A stretch of 64,000 nucleotides of DNA. It comes from an uncultured virus (IMG/VR IMGVR_UViG_3300035696_000032). Taxonomy: Duplodnaviria > Heunggongvirae > Uroviricota > Caudoviricetes. This document shows, piece by piece, positions 62,739-64,000 of the stretch (within the stretch, counting starts at the first letter, position 1; each line of letters begins with the position of its first letter). Where the stretch lies: the IMG/VR virus record IMGVR_UViG_3300035696_000032. The stretch is one strand, 5' to 3'. Position numbers and translations under genes: made by a program. The notes beneath the pieces are model-generated. The model ran no database searches. It was not told the DNA's origin and worked only from the letters and a program-made list of their open reading frames with translations.

Positions 62739-63109
62739 CGCTCAGGACGCGCTGGCTCCGCGTGGAGGGTGGCGTGACGAAGGCGCTTCCCCGCCTGGAC
62801 AAGATGGCGTTGGCCCGTGAGGAGCAGGCCCATCGTGACCTCGAAGCCAAGGTCAAGTGGCGGTACTGGGTCTTCATCGAGGGCGGGCTACCGGTCCCGG
62901 TCTCCGAGGGCTACTGCCCGATGTGCAAGGTCTACGTTTTTCGCTATTGGCATAATCCCGGCCATGAGCATATCTACCAGTGGCCGAACGAGACGACCAA
63001 AAAGGGCAAGCGCATCGTGGTCACGATGGGCGACCTCCCCGTCGAGTACGAGCCGATGACCTACGTCGAGATGCTGGAGCGCGTGGTTCAAGACCATCCG
63101 CCGGAATAG
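62735..63109 (+). CDS. Hypothetical protein (CxxC...H..H)
   Basis: GTGA coupling. Confidence 0.6.
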   Translation: MTLRTRWLRVEGGVTKALPRLDKMALAREEQAHRDLEAKVKWRYWVFIEGGLPVPVSEGYCPMCKVYVFRYWHNPGHEHIYQWPNETTKKGKRIVVTMGDLPVEYEPMTYVEMLERVVQDHPPE

Positions 63110-63115
63110 GGGAAC

Positions 63116-64000
63116 GTGCCCGCCCTCCTCGGACAGTGGAACGTCTCCGGGGCCTTCGGTACTGTCCTTCTCAACGTCACCGTCGCCATCGACGACTCGG
63201 TGAACCCGCACAAGGTCGGTGTCGGCTTTCAGTGGGAGCCGCGCGAGAGTGAGGACGGGCGTCGCCTCGTCTCCGGCTCGAACGGTCTCATCGACACGCT
63301 CCGCGTCTCCACGGACCTGCCCGACGGGCCGCTCACCTACGAGGCGAAGACAGGGCGACACTGGTTCCCCTGGACGGAGGTGCACCGCGCGGGCTTCTGG
63401 CGGTGGCTCCAGGAGTGGGTCGGGCGCGGGCTTTCGTCGATGCAGGTCGCCGTGCTCGTGCGCGAGTTGAATCAGTTCCCTCCTCTCTTCATCATCCCCT
63501 CGGTGACGCGCGTGCCGCAGGCCATCGGCTCCATCCCCGCGGGCTCGCTCATCCAACTCAGCAACGTGGAGCACTGCTCGGAGCGCATCTGGGAGCAGCT
63601 TCGGCAGGTCCCTGGCGTATTCGTCCTGACGGCGAGCGGGACACCGCAGCCCATCACGAGCAACTGGGTCGAGACGTTCATCGAGCGACGCGGCCTGAAG
63701 CCGAGCCCGGCGTTCGTCTCGGCCATCCATGTCGACGCCGTGGCTCGGCTCTTCCCAGAAATCAAGGCTCAGCAGCAGCAAATCCGGCGAGACATCGGCC
63801 TCGACTATCCGATGTACCCGCCGCAGGCGTTCCCGCTCCCGGGGCGCGACCCGTTCACGCGGCAGCACTTCCAACTCTACCCGTACCAGGCTGGCGGCGT
63901 CTCGAAGTTCCTGGCGATGCGCCGTCTCGTTTTGAACATGGAAATGGGACTCGGGAAGACGATGGCGGGCCTGGCGGCGGCCGAGACCCTCTTCGCGCAG
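63116..64000 (+). CDS. SNF2-family helicase/ATPase, 3'-partial (not in ORF track)
   Basis: Frame runs to the window end; Q motif LYPYQ and motif I EMGLGKT. Confidence 0.8.
   Translation, partial: MPALLGQWNVSGAFGTVLLNVTVAIDDSVNPHKVGVGFQWEPRESEDGRRLVSGSNGLIDTLRVSTDLPDGPLTYEAKTGRHWFPWTEVHRAGFWRWLQEWVGRGLSSMQVAVLVRELNQFPPLFIIPSVTRVPQAIGSIPAGSLIQLSNVEHCSERIWEQLRQVPGVFVLTASGTPQPITSNWVETFIERRGLKPSPAFVSAIHVDAVARLFPEIKAQQQQIRRDIGLDYPMYPPQAFPLPGRDPFTRQHFQLYPYQAGGVSKFLAMRRLVLNMEMGLGKTMAGLAAAETLFAQ

Overview
GC-rich 64-kb segment (about two-thirds GC by eye), most likely from a large archaeal virus or a similar extrachromosomal element. Archaeal evidence: a TFB (TFIIB), an aRF1, archaeal-type tRNA identity elements, a bulge-helix-bulge tRNA intron and TATA promoters. 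Viral-style evidence: dense operons of small orphan ORFs, putative virion and membrane proteins, and no core housekeeping operons. No capsid protein or packaging ATPase was recognised, so virus class and host are unresolved. Contents: putative structural operons, a MoxR AAA+/metallopeptidase/VWA module, glycosylation genes, 32 tRNA genes covering all 20 amino acids, tRNA-like RNAs, an HNH-RNA ligase, NADAR, a degenerate tyrosine recombinase, two papain-like peptidases and a partial SNF2-type helicase. Main observations: (1) eight unrelated proteins share an N-terminal leader, MxLVRVRRKDGxxYLAxV-x(1-4)-NP, conserved at the protein but not the DNA level; it is a candidate virion-targeting/processing tag, and a retropepsin-like protease lies nearby. 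(2) The aRF1 gene has an in-frame UGA upstream of its NIKS domain, suggesting autoregulatory readthrough. (3) Nine tRNAs have C in place of the near-universal U33. (4) A fixed-spacing bipartite motif precedes the structural operons and differs from a second class of exact TATTTATATAT promoters. (5) GATC appears to be absent. All calls are from reading the sequence by eye; no searches were run.
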